Shown here: piece after piece, positions 1-8,064 of the stretch | Layout of the letters: the number at the start of each line of letters is the position of its first letter | Numbering within the stretch: the stretch's first letter is position 1 | From: an uncultured Clostridia bacterium | GTDB taxonomy: Bacteria > Bacillota > Clostridia > Oscillospirales > CAG-272 | Assembly (NCBI GenBank): GCA_904501715.1 | Contig: CAJGCD010000001.1 | Span: 1 to 51,206, forward strand | Reading direction: 5' to 3' | Length of the DNA: 51,206 bases | Notes under the pieces: model-generated | The model's input: only the letters and a program-made list of their open reading frames with translations | What the model was told of the DNA's origin: nothing | Database searches by the model: none | Translations under genes and position numbers: made by a program

Positions 1-1
1 C

Positions 2-370
2 TACGTCCTCAAGGAGGTTGGAGCAGTTCTTAACTGGTTCGACGTTACCGAGGTCGAGGGACGCTTCTCTCTCAACGATAAGATATCCGATATTATGCAA
101 TCCAAGCGCGGAAAGATGTGGTTCATCGGCGTTGGTCTTAAGATAAAGAAGAAGATGAACGCTAACAAGAAGGGCGGCGACGGCGAAAAGAAGTCGGGCG
201 GCTTTGACGTTGACCTGAGCTCCGCTGACAGCGGACTCATGCAGATGATGGGCGGCTTTACCGTTCTTCGTCTTACAAGCATGATGGGTATGATGAACAT
301 TTCCTTTACCAAGGAAGAGCTGCTTAAGATGAACAAGAAGCTCAACCGCATCCGCAAGCCTAAAAACTGA
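2..370 (+). CDS. 3' end (122 codons) of a gene entering from the left edge. The tail resembles the C-terminal region of clostridial GH3-type beta-glucosidases, but the family call is tentative.
   Basis: Frame 2 is open from base 2 to the TGA at 368-370; the track shows it only from an internal Met at 95. It ends ...GGFTVLRLTSMMGMMNISFTKEELLKMNKKLNRIRKPKN and is followed by a strong terminator. Confidence 0.5.
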   Translation, partial: YVLKEVGAVLNWFDVTEVEGRFSLNDKISDIMQSKRGKMWFIGVGLKIKKKMNANKKGGDGEKKSGGFDVDLSSADSGLMQMMGGFTVLRLTSMMGMMNISFTKEELLKMNKKLNRIRKPKN

Positions 371-377
371 TAAATAT

Positions 378-412
378 AAAAAACAGACCGAGCCGAGCTC
401 GGTCTGTTTTTT
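378..412. terminator. Bidirectional rho-independent terminator between convergent genes
   Basis: A-run, then stem CAGACCGAG (384-392) / CTCGGTCTG (398-406) with a 5-nt loop, then TTTTTT (407-412). Confidence 0.75.
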
Positions 413-420
413 GTTTATAT

Positions 421-2283
421 TCACTTTGTAACGCGAAGAACTATACCGTCGCATTTTGGTATAGGCTTATTCAGCTCTCCGTATATCTCCTCTACTCTCC
501 AGCCTTCCTTTACAGAAGGATCAAACACTCTTTCTGTATCGGAATAGTTGATGGCAGTAACAATATAGCTATCATCGTTTTCCCTGCTCTGCGTCACGCA
601 TATCTGCGGGTCGTTACTCTTGATGACATAATTGTCTGTAAGCGTACCCGCAAACTCCTTGTATATCTTATAATAAGGAGCACTTTTATCCGGATTAAAG
701 CCGTGAGTCTGCTCTATTGCAATAAGCTCGGGAGTGAAATTCAAGAAGTAGACCTCTCCCTTTCCAAGCTTATTCCTTGAAAATACGATATTTCCGTTCT
801 CATTGGTCGCCAACACCTCCGCGCCTACAGATTCAAGCAGAAGCTCCTTTGCGGGGGTATATTGTATATCCCCAAAGGAGAAATGCGCCATATGAGTGCT
901 TCCCCTTTGCATACCCTTTGAGGTAAGTCCCGTAACTCTGTCAAACTCGGTCATGTGACCGCCGTAGTAGGTAATAAGAAGCTTAGCCCCCTTGTTCTCT
1001 ACACTGTCAAGAATTGCGTCGTAGGTACGGCGGAATGTGACCTCCCACCCCTCTATGGCGGGAAGTATATACGCGCCGGATTCAGAAGGGATACCGTCAC
1101 AGTTTTCGATACGAATATTGAAGCCAGCCTGCTTGGAAAGTATGTATGCGCCTGCGGCGCGGATATATTTTTCACCTCTGGGCAACACGCATACCGCGTC
1201 TGTATCCTTAGGTCCGATAGGGGGAAGCATGCTGAGCATCTCAGCCGATTTTTTCATCTGCTTTCCAACGGGCTTAGGCGCAAGCTCCTTATCCACAAGC
1301 CCCAGCTCACGCTCGTTCATTCCCCACGCGTAGGGCGCGTGCTTGAGGAGCAGATGCTCCATTCCGCACCACCAAAGATATCCCGTAAGATTATTCGCCC
1401 AAGCAGAAATCACATTCACCCGCAAAAAGTTAGCCGCCATCTCGCGGTTTCCTATTGCGTCGGAGAAGGTTCCCTGCTCCTGTATCATACAAGGCTTTCC
1501 ACCTATACCCGAATAAAACTCGCTTTGCGCTGTGGGAAGCATAGTAGTGCGCAGACCATTGTAAGGCTCTATATCACCTTTTATAGAGGGAGAAGGATAG
1601 GGGTGTGTACATAAAATGTCGCAAAGCTCACCTTGGTCCTCAATTCTCCACGCACCGCTCTCGGTATTAAGTCCGTGCATACCCGAGGATATGGGTCGCG
1701 TGCCGTCCACCGAGCGTATAGCGTTCACCATAAACGCGGTCCATTCATAGGCAAGATGCCGGTCAGACACCTTTTCAAGGCAGTTGCACTCGTTACCTAT
1801 ATCCCAGATGATTATATTATCTATGTCCTTAAGAGCGGAAACTATACCCTTTACGTATCTGTCTGTCCACCTTCTGACCTCGTGGTCGGAGATCAGATTT
1901 TTGCCTTCAAGAGCGGGAGGCGCGAACATTCTTCCGCTCATCCATCCCGTAAGGATAGACACGGTGATATCCATAGAAAACTCTTTTGCGATAGATGCAA
2001 ATTTTCTGAAGCGCTCTATCATAACGGGGTCTATTCCGTTACATTCGGGAGTCATATATTCCTCATTCTCCCCGAAAGCGTATTCCCTAAAATCATTAGT
2101 CCATCCGTACAGCTTTTTTATAGGTTGAAAATCCCGCCAATTGGGAAATACCCGCAAGTGAGTCACTCCGCATTCCTTAAGGGCGGTCAGGTCCTCTCTT
2201 ACGGTCTTTTCATCCCAGTTTTTCCACATTTCGGTTCCAGATTTGGAATCCCAATAGTTACAGCCAAGTAGAAATCTATTCAT
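421..2283 (-). CDS. Clan GH-A (GH5-like TIM-barrel) glycoside hydrolase with C-terminal beta-sandwich domains; no signal peptide
   Basis: 620-aa ORF. The N-terminus LGCNYWDSKSGTEMWKNWDE...GVTHLRVFPNWRDFQP is typical of (beta/alpha)8 glycosidases. WDIGNECN is the acid/base Glu motif and MIQEQGTF is a candidate nucleophile Glu. RBS AAAGGA lies upstream, 14 nt after the preceding gene. Confidence 0.7.
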   Translation of the reverse strand: MNRFLLGCNYWDSKSGTEMWKNWDEKTVREDLTALKECGVTHLRVFPNWRDFQPIKKLYGWTNDFREYAFGENEEYMTPECNGIDPVMIERFRKFASIAKEFSMDITVSILTGWMSGRMFAPPALEGKNLISDHEVRRWTDRYVKGIVSALKDIDNIIIWDIGNECNCLEKVSDRHLAYEWTAFMVNAIRSVDGTRPISSGMHGLNTESGAWRIEDQGELCDILCTHPYPSPSIKGDIEPYNGLRTTMLPTAQSEFYSGIGGKPCMIQEQGTFSDAIGNREMAANFLRVNVISAWANNLTGYLWWCGMEHLLLKHAPYAWGMNERELGLVDKELAPKPVGKQMKKSAEMLSMLPPIGPKDTDAVCVLPRGEKYIRAAGAYILSKQAGFNIRIENCDGIPSESGAYILPAIEGWEVTFRRTYDAILDSVENKGAKLLITYYGGHMTEFDRVTGLTSKGMQRGSTHMAHFSFGDIQYTPAKELLLESVGAEVLATNENGNIVFSRNKLGKGEVYFLNFTPELIAIEQTHGFNPDKSAPYYKIYKEFAGTLTDNYVIKSNDPQICVTQSRENDDSYIVTAINYSDTERVFDPSVKEGWRVEEIYGELNKPIPKCDGIVLRVTK

Positions 2284-2297
2284 AGGTAAATCCTTTC

Positions 2298-4319
2298 TTA
2301 AAGCTTTATTCGAGCTATCCTGTAATCAAAGCCGTCAAGCTCTATGGAGAGCTCGCTTGTATCGGATGCCATAGCATCCCCTGTTATAGCGTCGGTCACG
2401 CTCTGAGCCTTTTCGGGCAAAATGATGCTGACACATCCCGAAGGCTCGTTGACCATATTAGCCACAAAGCACAGCATTTCATTTCCTGCTTTATAGTAGC
2501 TGAATCTTACGCTGTCATCAGACACGCGTACGTCATTGTCGAAATACGGTCTCCACTGCGCCTCGCTTATGGGAAATTCATCAAGTGCTCTCCATACTCC
2601 GCTCATATCCTCAAGCGGCTGCTCAACGTCAACGGGCTTGGGGATTATACCAAATGGCAAAGCGTTTGCCATTGCCTGTCGGAAGGTCCACGTTGGAGGA
2701 TTTGAATAGCAGAGTATATTGATAGGAACTCCAAGATTTCTTCCCGTGTATACAGCTCTGTAATATTCCTCGGGAGCACGCTTCAGCTTTCCTTTAAGGA
2801 ATTCCCCTTGAACAGTCTCTCCGTCCCATAAGCAGTGCGAAAATGCGAGTGCCGCCACGGGGAAATTAGCAGAAGAGTGAGTACATATAGTTCCTCCGCG
2901 CTTTTCAACCATAGCGCAAAGTCGTTTCATCAGCTTTCTCACGGCAAATACGGGGTATGTCGTATGAAGCTTACCCTCTCTGTCGCGGTATCCGCAGCCA
3001 TGCTTTTCATTGTTGCAGGCTCTGCAGGTATTTATAGAATCCAGATACAGTCCGTCAAAGCCGAACTCGTCCATAAGCCTTTCCATAGCCTCTACGTATA
3101 TATCCTGCCACTCGCCGTTATAGCACACCTGAGGCGCTCGCTGCCAAGGGAAACGGTACCAATGCCAGCTTATATCCCCCACAAGATACTTTTCGTTATA
3201 CATAGGCGACATAGTGGATATCTCGTAGCCGAAATAAGGAATAACCTTCATTCCCCTCTTGTGCGCCTCCTCAACTATAAGCCTCAAGCGGTTTGCGCTC
3301 TCTACGGTGAGAAAGGGCGAATTCTGTATGTCGTTCCATTTTTCGTGTATGTAGAGCGTGTTGACTCCCATCCTCTTTATTCGGTCTATGACCGTCTCGG
3401 TATCTCCCGCAAGGGGCTTGAAAAGGAAATCCTCATAATTCTCGGGTATCTTCTTAAAGCAGTCTATATGCACGTTCTTTTCCGCGTAAGGGTTCTCGGG
3501 AAAGGGCTTTACGGGTGTGACCTGCATACCTATCCTGAAGGACAGCGGCATAAGGTTGTGTCCGCCGTTATCTCCCTTGTCGTACCAGGAAACGGGCTCG
3601 CTGTCCAAAAGATGTATGCGCACTATCACCGCATCGTCCTGTCTTACACATTCTATGACCCTCTTGCTATCGGCGGGCTGCCAATTTTCGTCGGATTCAA
3701 AGAATACCGAAAAGCCTATCTCATCATTGCCAAGGAACACCTGCTGAACGAAAGGCAGAGCAATACTCTCCTTTGGCATCGCGCCTATGTGATACATTAC
3801 GGGTAGCCCGTCGGGGATACTGCCGTCTATAATAGCCTCGCAGGCGGGTACGTATTGATATGAAGCGGCACATTCCTTCCTCAGAGGTATCTCAAGCCAA
3901 AGGCGGGTAAGCTCTCTTGCTCCCTTATCGCTTTCAGCCAGACCGAATGCCTGCGCGACCGTCGGTCCGTGGGTGGCTACCGTTATCCTCCAATCCATAC
4001 ATCCGTCATACTCGGCTTCAAGGGTAGTATTCATAATAAATCTCGGACTCTGCATATATTGGCAGGCGCTTACCGAGCTGCCGTCGTTACCGTACATAAG
4101 GCGGCTGCACACGTCGCTTATTACCAGCTCCTTGCCGTTTTCCGTACCGACCAAACGCATAGGAGCGGCTAAAAGCTCTTGTCCGCCCGATATTACAGAG
4201 GACAGAAGCGGCGAGGTGGACAAGGTATATTTTCTGTTCCATACGGATATTTCACAGCTTTTTCCGTCGCTGTCGGCTGTTATGGGCGTAAGCGACTTTA
4301 CCTCTAATTCCTTTTTCAT
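2298..4319 (-). CDS. Glycoside-hydrolase-like TIM-barrel protein of uncertain family (possibly GH123/DUF4091-like); no signal peptide
   Basis: 673-aa ORF with RBS AAAGGAGAAG. The central region VNTLYIHEKWNDIQNSPF...HKRGMKVIPYFGYE...FDGLYLDSIN...CLWDGE looks like a glycosidase barrel. The family assignment is from memory only. Confidence 0.55.
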   Translation of the reverse strand: MKKELEVKSLTPITADSDGKSCEISVWNRKYTLSTSPLLSSVISGGQELLAAPMRLVGTENGKELVISDVCSRLMYGNDGSSVSACQYMQSPRFIMNTTLEAEYDGCMDWRITVATHGPTVAQAFGLAESDKGARELTRLWLEIPLRKECAASYQYVPACEAIIDGSIPDGLPVMYHIGAMPKESIALPFVQQVFLGNDEIGFSVFFESDENWQPADSKRVIECVRQDDAVIVRIHLLDSEPVSWYDKGDNGGHNLMPLSFRIGMQVTPVKPFPENPYAEKNVHIDCFKKIPENYEDFLFKPLAGDTETVIDRIKRMGVNTLYIHEKWNDIQNSPFLTVESANRLRLIVEEAHKRGMKVIPYFGYEISTMSPMYNEKYLVGDISWHWYRFPWQRAPQVCYNGEWQDIYVEAMERLMDEFGFDGLYLDSINTCRACNNEKHGCGYRDREGKLHTTYPVFAVRKLMKRLCAMVEKRGGTICTHSSANFPVAALAFSHCLWDGETVQGEFLKGKLKRAPEEYYRAVYTGRNLGVPINILCYSNPPTWTFRQAMANALPFGIIPKPVDVEQPLEDMSGVWRALDEFPISEAQWRPYFDNDVRVSDDSVRFSYYKAGNEMLCFVANMVNEPSGCVSIILPEKAQSVTDAITGDAMASDTSELSIELDGFDYRIARIKL

Positions 4320-4330
4320 TTTCTTCTCCT

Positions 4331-6298
4331 TTAGTGCATTCTGAAATCCAGCTCCCGTGGGAGAGGATACTCGCCAAGTATCTCCTCCGCGCTAAGGCTA
4401 CACACATCCACATTCCTTTTTTTAGCCATTATCCAACCGTATATTTCGATCCAGATAGCCGAAAGCGAGTATTCGCCCTCCTTGATATCGTCTACCGTGA
4501 GAGAGGCGTTTATTATATCCGCGGCAAGCTCTGCTTCCCCAAGCCTTGAATAGCAGGCGCCCAGAAGCATTCTTACTCGTCCGTTTTCACGTATATCGGC
4601 GGGGAGAGTTTCGTAGAGCGACACCCATTCCCCATACCGCTCTGCCGCCATAAGAGCGTAGGCACATTCTATGGCAAGCGGCAAATAATCCTTTTTCAGC
4701 GAAAGTGCGGTCACCATATGCTCTGCCGCGCTGTCATAATCCCCTTCTATGTTTTTCTCTATCTGCGCAAGATTTCGGTAGCTCCAAGCATTTGCCTTAA
4801 GCTCTGCGGATTTAATAAAGCTATTCTTCGCCTTTGCTATATCTCCACCCGCGTAATACATCACACCTAACTGATTGTAGGCATACCAATCCTCTTTGAT
4901 ATTTTTGCCTAACAGCTCGGTCCAGAAGCTTCCCGTTACGTAGCTCGCTATAACGCTGTCAACAGAATGCTCGGGTAATGCTCCCGATTCCAAAAGCACG
5001 AGCCAATCTGTCTGCTCAGCGTCCATACTGTCCTCGGGAAAATGGCATATATGGCTGACGGGGACCTTTCTTATCTTGTTTTCAAGCGCGCCCCAGCCCG
5101 AGCCGTACAAAGCTATCTTGTCCTCTTCCACTATTTCAAAGGCATCCTTGACAAGCGACTTGTTTTTATTCGTCACAATGTCCGACACCTTGTCCGCGGC
5201 AGTACTGAAATCTCCGTGAGCCGCCTCGGGGTCAATGCTGAGCGCACAATAGCTCTCCCGCCATGATATACGGCTGTTGCCCTTCATAACGAAATGCTCA
5301 AGCTGTGTCTTCAGCAAGCCCGCCTGTATCTCTATATAGGCTCCCGCTTTATCGGAGAGCCACTCGTTCCAATGTCTTCCGCCCTCGTGCTGCCCCCATA
5401 CGAACATCTTTCTTCCCTTAAGTATTCGGTCCGAGGTCTGTAAAAGTCCCTTACCGTCCTTATCTGCCGTTGCTATCCATTTTTCGCTTTCGTCGGGGAT
5501 GTCAAAGAAGAAGTCTCTTGAGCGCGGAGAATTTACGGCATACGTAATATCTCTTCCGTCAACACAAGGCATCTGCGTTTTATCGAGAAAATATCCCCCG
5601 TCCTCGTATGCGCAGAAGAACATCTCATCAGCGGGAACTATAACACGGGTCTCTGGCGTTTCGGGAACGGCAATATTGGACCACCAATACATATAGGTTT
5701 CCTTGTCCGACGTATTTTCTATCGTAATATTGACCAACAGCTCTTTTTCACTGAGCGTTGCCTCAATAACGTACACTACCCCGCGTATGCGCTCGTATTC
5801 ATACATTCTGAGCACGGGCTCGCCCAGCTTATTCGTCACTTTTTGTGCAAACATAGGCGAGCAGGTCAGCGGATTATGTCCCTTTATACCTACGTTCCAT
5901 TCAACTCCGCCCGAAAACCACGCATTGCGCAAAGCAAGATTGGCAGGCTGAAAAACGTCGTTCTTATACAGAAGCTCTCGCTCCTCTGTTTTATCGTACA
6001 GCGACCAGAGCCTTCCGCCAAGCTCGGGTAAAAACACCGCTCTCACGTATTCGTTCTCAAGTATGGCGGCATCTATGCCTCTTTCTACTCTGTTTCGGTC
6101 GTATCCGTCGGTTATGCAATAGGGGAGCAGAGTATCTATCATTCCCTTTCCGATATACCTTCCGTCCTCTTTTGATATATTCTCACTAAGAGATATTTTA
6201 GCGCGTATGTAGCTGTTAACGTGTATGTCGGGCAAGCAGTTGTTTCTTCCCAAGTCTGCGGCAGGCATACTGTATTTCGTAAATAATAATTCTGTCAT
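4331..6298 (-). CDS. DUF5107 domain protein with a C-terminal TPR-repeat region
   Basis: I place the start at MTELLFTKY (ATG 6298, RBS GGAGGA 8 nt upstream) rather than the track's 6379. The N-terminal half (ENEYVRAVFLPELGGRLWSLYDK...NAWFSGGVEWNVG) matches my memory of DUF5107. The C-terminal 200 aa have TPR-like AxxYxxxG periodicity. Confidence 0.7.
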   Translation of the reverse strand: MTELLFTKYSMPAADLGRNNCLPDIHVNSYIRAKISLSENISKEDGRYIGKGMIDTLLPYCITDGYDRNRVERGIDAAILENEYVRAVFLPELGGRLWSLYDKTEERELLYKNDVFQPANLALRNAWFSGGVEWNVGIKGHNPLTCSPMFAQKVTNKLGEPVLRMYEYERIRGVVYVIEATLSEKELLVNITIENTSDKETYMYWWSNIAVPETPETRVIVPADEMFFCAYEDGGYFLDKTQMPCVDGRDITYAVNSPRSRDFFFDIPDESEKWIATADKDGKGLLQTSDRILKGRKMFVWGQHEGGRHWNEWLSDKAGAYIEIQAGLLKTQLEHFVMKGNSRISWRESYCALSIDPEAAHGDFSTAADKVSDIVTNKNKSLVKDAFEIVEEDKIALYGSGWGALENKIRKVPVSHICHFPEDSMDAEQTDWLVLLESGALPEHSVDSVIASYVTGSFWTELLGKNIKEDWYAYNQLGVMYYAGGDIAKAKNSFIKSAELKANAWSYRNLAQIEKNIEGDYDSAAEHMVTALSLKKDYLPLAIECAYALMAAERYGEWVSLYETLPADIRENGRVRMLLGACYSRLGEAELAADIINASLTVDDIKEGEYSLSAIWIEIYGWIMAKKRNVDVCSLSAEEILGEYPLPRELDFRMH

Positions 6299-6387
6299 TG
6301 TCTTATCCTCCGTTATACGTTTATTATAATGCCTGTGCTTTACGTATTCAATGTATAAACAGCTTGCTTTTTTGTACAAAATGACTT

Positions 6388-7149
6388 TTATTTCAAAGCT
6401 TCTCTATATCTTCCCGGAGTGCTTCCCGTTGCCGCCTTGAATTTTTTTGAAAAATGATATATATCGTAGTACCCGAGATGCTCGGCTATCTCCTTAAGCT
6501 TAAATTCTCCCGAGTCTATCATTGCCTTAGCCCGTGTCATCCTCAGCTCCTCGCGGTATTGCATTACAGAGCATCCAAGCTCCCTCCTGAAGCATAGCCG
6601 AAGATGCGAGGGGCTTATATTGCAGGCAGCCGAAATATCCTCAAGAGAAAAATTAACGTTGTAATGTCTGTGTATATATGCCAGCGCCGAGGATACACAA
6701 TTGCCCGCATCACCGCACTCCCCCGATATCCGCTTCATCATATCCATAAAGAGCTGTAAAAGCAGGATGCGTGCTTCTATATAGCAGTACTCTCCCTGCT
6801 CCTCCCACACTCTGCATATCCTTCGCACCGCGCTTATCTCCTCGGGGGTACAGTCGGTGACCTTTGGGAGCACTGTCCTCCCCTTAAGCAGAATATCCGC
6901 GTTGCTTGTAATATACGAACAAGGGTACGGAACGTCAAAGCTGTAGGAATCGCCCTCATCAAACCTGATAAACGTTCCCGCGCTTACCTTATTTACCTCG
7001 CCGCCGTAAAAAAAGCGTCCTTCTCCCGAAAGAAAGCAAACAAAGCCCGCGCCCTCTCTTGAACGTGTGGAGTATTTAAAATCCTCGCACTCGTCCTTCT
7101 TTACTATTACTCTTATGTCTCCTATATCTATGTCGCAAAAATAATTCAT
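6388..7149 (-). CDS. AraC/XylS-family transcriptional regulator (cupin sensor plus HTH)
   Basis: The C-terminal double HTH reads FSLEDISAACNISPSHLRLCFRRELGCSVMQYREELRMTRAKAMI...IAEHLGYYDIYHFSKKFKAATGSTPGRYR. Confidence 0.85.
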   Translation of the reverse strand: MNYFCDIDIGDIRVIVKKDECEDFKYSTRSREGAGFVCFLSGEGRFFYGGEVNKVSAGTFIRFDEGDSYSFDVPYPCSYITSNADILLKGRTVLPKVTDCTPEEISAVRRICRVWEEQGEYCYIEARILLLQLFMDMMKRISGECGDAGNCVSSALAYIHRHYNVNFSLEDISAACNISPSHLRLCFRRELGCSVMQYREELRMTRAKAMIDSGEFKLKEIAEHLGYYDIYHFSKKFKAATGSTPGRYREALK

Positions 7150-7233
7150 TTTCGCCTCGCTGCTTTTATATTTTTTGTATCAAACGTTTTTTTAATGATA
7201 TCATAAAATCATCAAAAATAAAAGTGTTTTTGT

Positions 7234-7271
7234 AAAAAAAGATAAAACGCGTCGAAAAACCGACGCGTTTT
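7234..7271 (-). terminator. Rho-independent terminator ending the GRE-activase unit
   Basis: Stem AAAACGCGTCG (7244-7254) / CGACGCGTTTT (7261-7271). On the minus strand it is followed by TTTTATCTTTTTTT. Confidence 0.7.
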
Positions 7272-7275
7272 GCTG

Positions 7276-8064
7276 TTAACTATTCTTTTTTTCTTTTATG
7301 AATTCCGCTCCCGCGTACTCTCTTCCCACGTTTTTGTATTTTACGGGGGCAAGCTCGTTGTAGGGCAGCTTTTCCCAAGGGTCCTCTCCCACTATTTGGG
7401 AGATGGCGCAAAGATTTTCGTAAGTATCGGTAATGTTAGGTATGAGAGGTGTCCTGAACGTATGCGGCTTTCCGCTTTTCTTCAGCCACGCGGCGTTTTC
7501 GAGTATTATTCCATTGTCAACACCCGTGTATTTCTTATGCGCGGCAGCCTCCGCCAGCTTTATGTCCATAAATACGAAGTCACAAAGCTCCGCCACTCTC
7601 TTAAAATCCTCCGCGGACGCATATCCCGAGGTTTCTATGGCAGTATGTATCCGTCCTCGCAAAATTGTGAGAAGCTCCGCGCAAAAATCTGCCTGAAGCA
7701 AGGGCTCACCGCCCGACAGCGTAACTCCTCCGCCCGTACTCCTGAAAAGTCCCTCATATTTCAACAGCTTACGAGAAAGTGCCTCGGCTTCCCACTCCTC
7801 GCCCGCTACACGCACCAAGTCCTGCGGACATATGTGAAGGCATCTGCCAAAATCCTTGCATTCCTCGTGATTACATTGTCTTTTGCACAGACCGCAGTGA
7901 GTGCAGTTTGCCTGCGACACGTATAGCTCTTTTTTAGGCGAAAGCCCCTCGGGATTATGACACCACACGCAGCGCAGAGGACATCCCTTCATAAAAACCG
8001 TAGTCCTTATTCCGCTCCCGTCGTGTACGGCAAACTCCTTGATATCAAAGACTAAGCCTTTCAT
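7276..8064 (-). CDS. Glycyl-radical enzyme activating enzyme (radical SAM)
   Basis: CPLRCVWCHNPE is the CxxxCxxC SAM cluster. CTHCGLCKRQC...CKDFGRCLHICP are ferredoxin-like auxiliary-cluster motifs. The ATG overlaps the GRE stop codon (ATGA at 8061-8064). Confidence 0.9.
   Translation of the reverse strand: MKGLVFDIKEFAVHDGSGIRTTVFMKGCPLRCVWCHNPEGLSPKKELYVSQANCTHCGLCKRQCNHEECKDFGRCLHICPQDLVRVAGEEWEAEALSRKLLKYEGLFRSTGGGVTLSGGEPLLQADFCAELLTILRGRIHTAIETSGYASAEDFKRVAELCDFVFMDIKLAEAAAHKKYTGVDNGIILENAAWLKKSGKPHTFRTPLIPNITDTYENLCAISQIVGEDPWEKLPYNELAPVKYKNVGREYAGAEFIKEKKNS

Noticed and set aside
1-357. 118-aa minus-strand ORF at the left edge.
   Set aside because: It is an antisense shadow of the plus-strand gene fragment (2-370), which has a proper stop and terminator. 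Its composition is low-complexity.
7195-7204. The 10-bp palindrome ATGATATCAT is shared between the AraC upstream region (7195-7204) and the ABC promoter (47942-47951). I considered it as a common operator.
   Set aside because: In both places it coincides with a plausible extended -10 element (TGATATCAT). Two occurrences of an AT-rich 10-mer in 51 kb of AT-rich intergenic DNA is weak evidence for a regulon.
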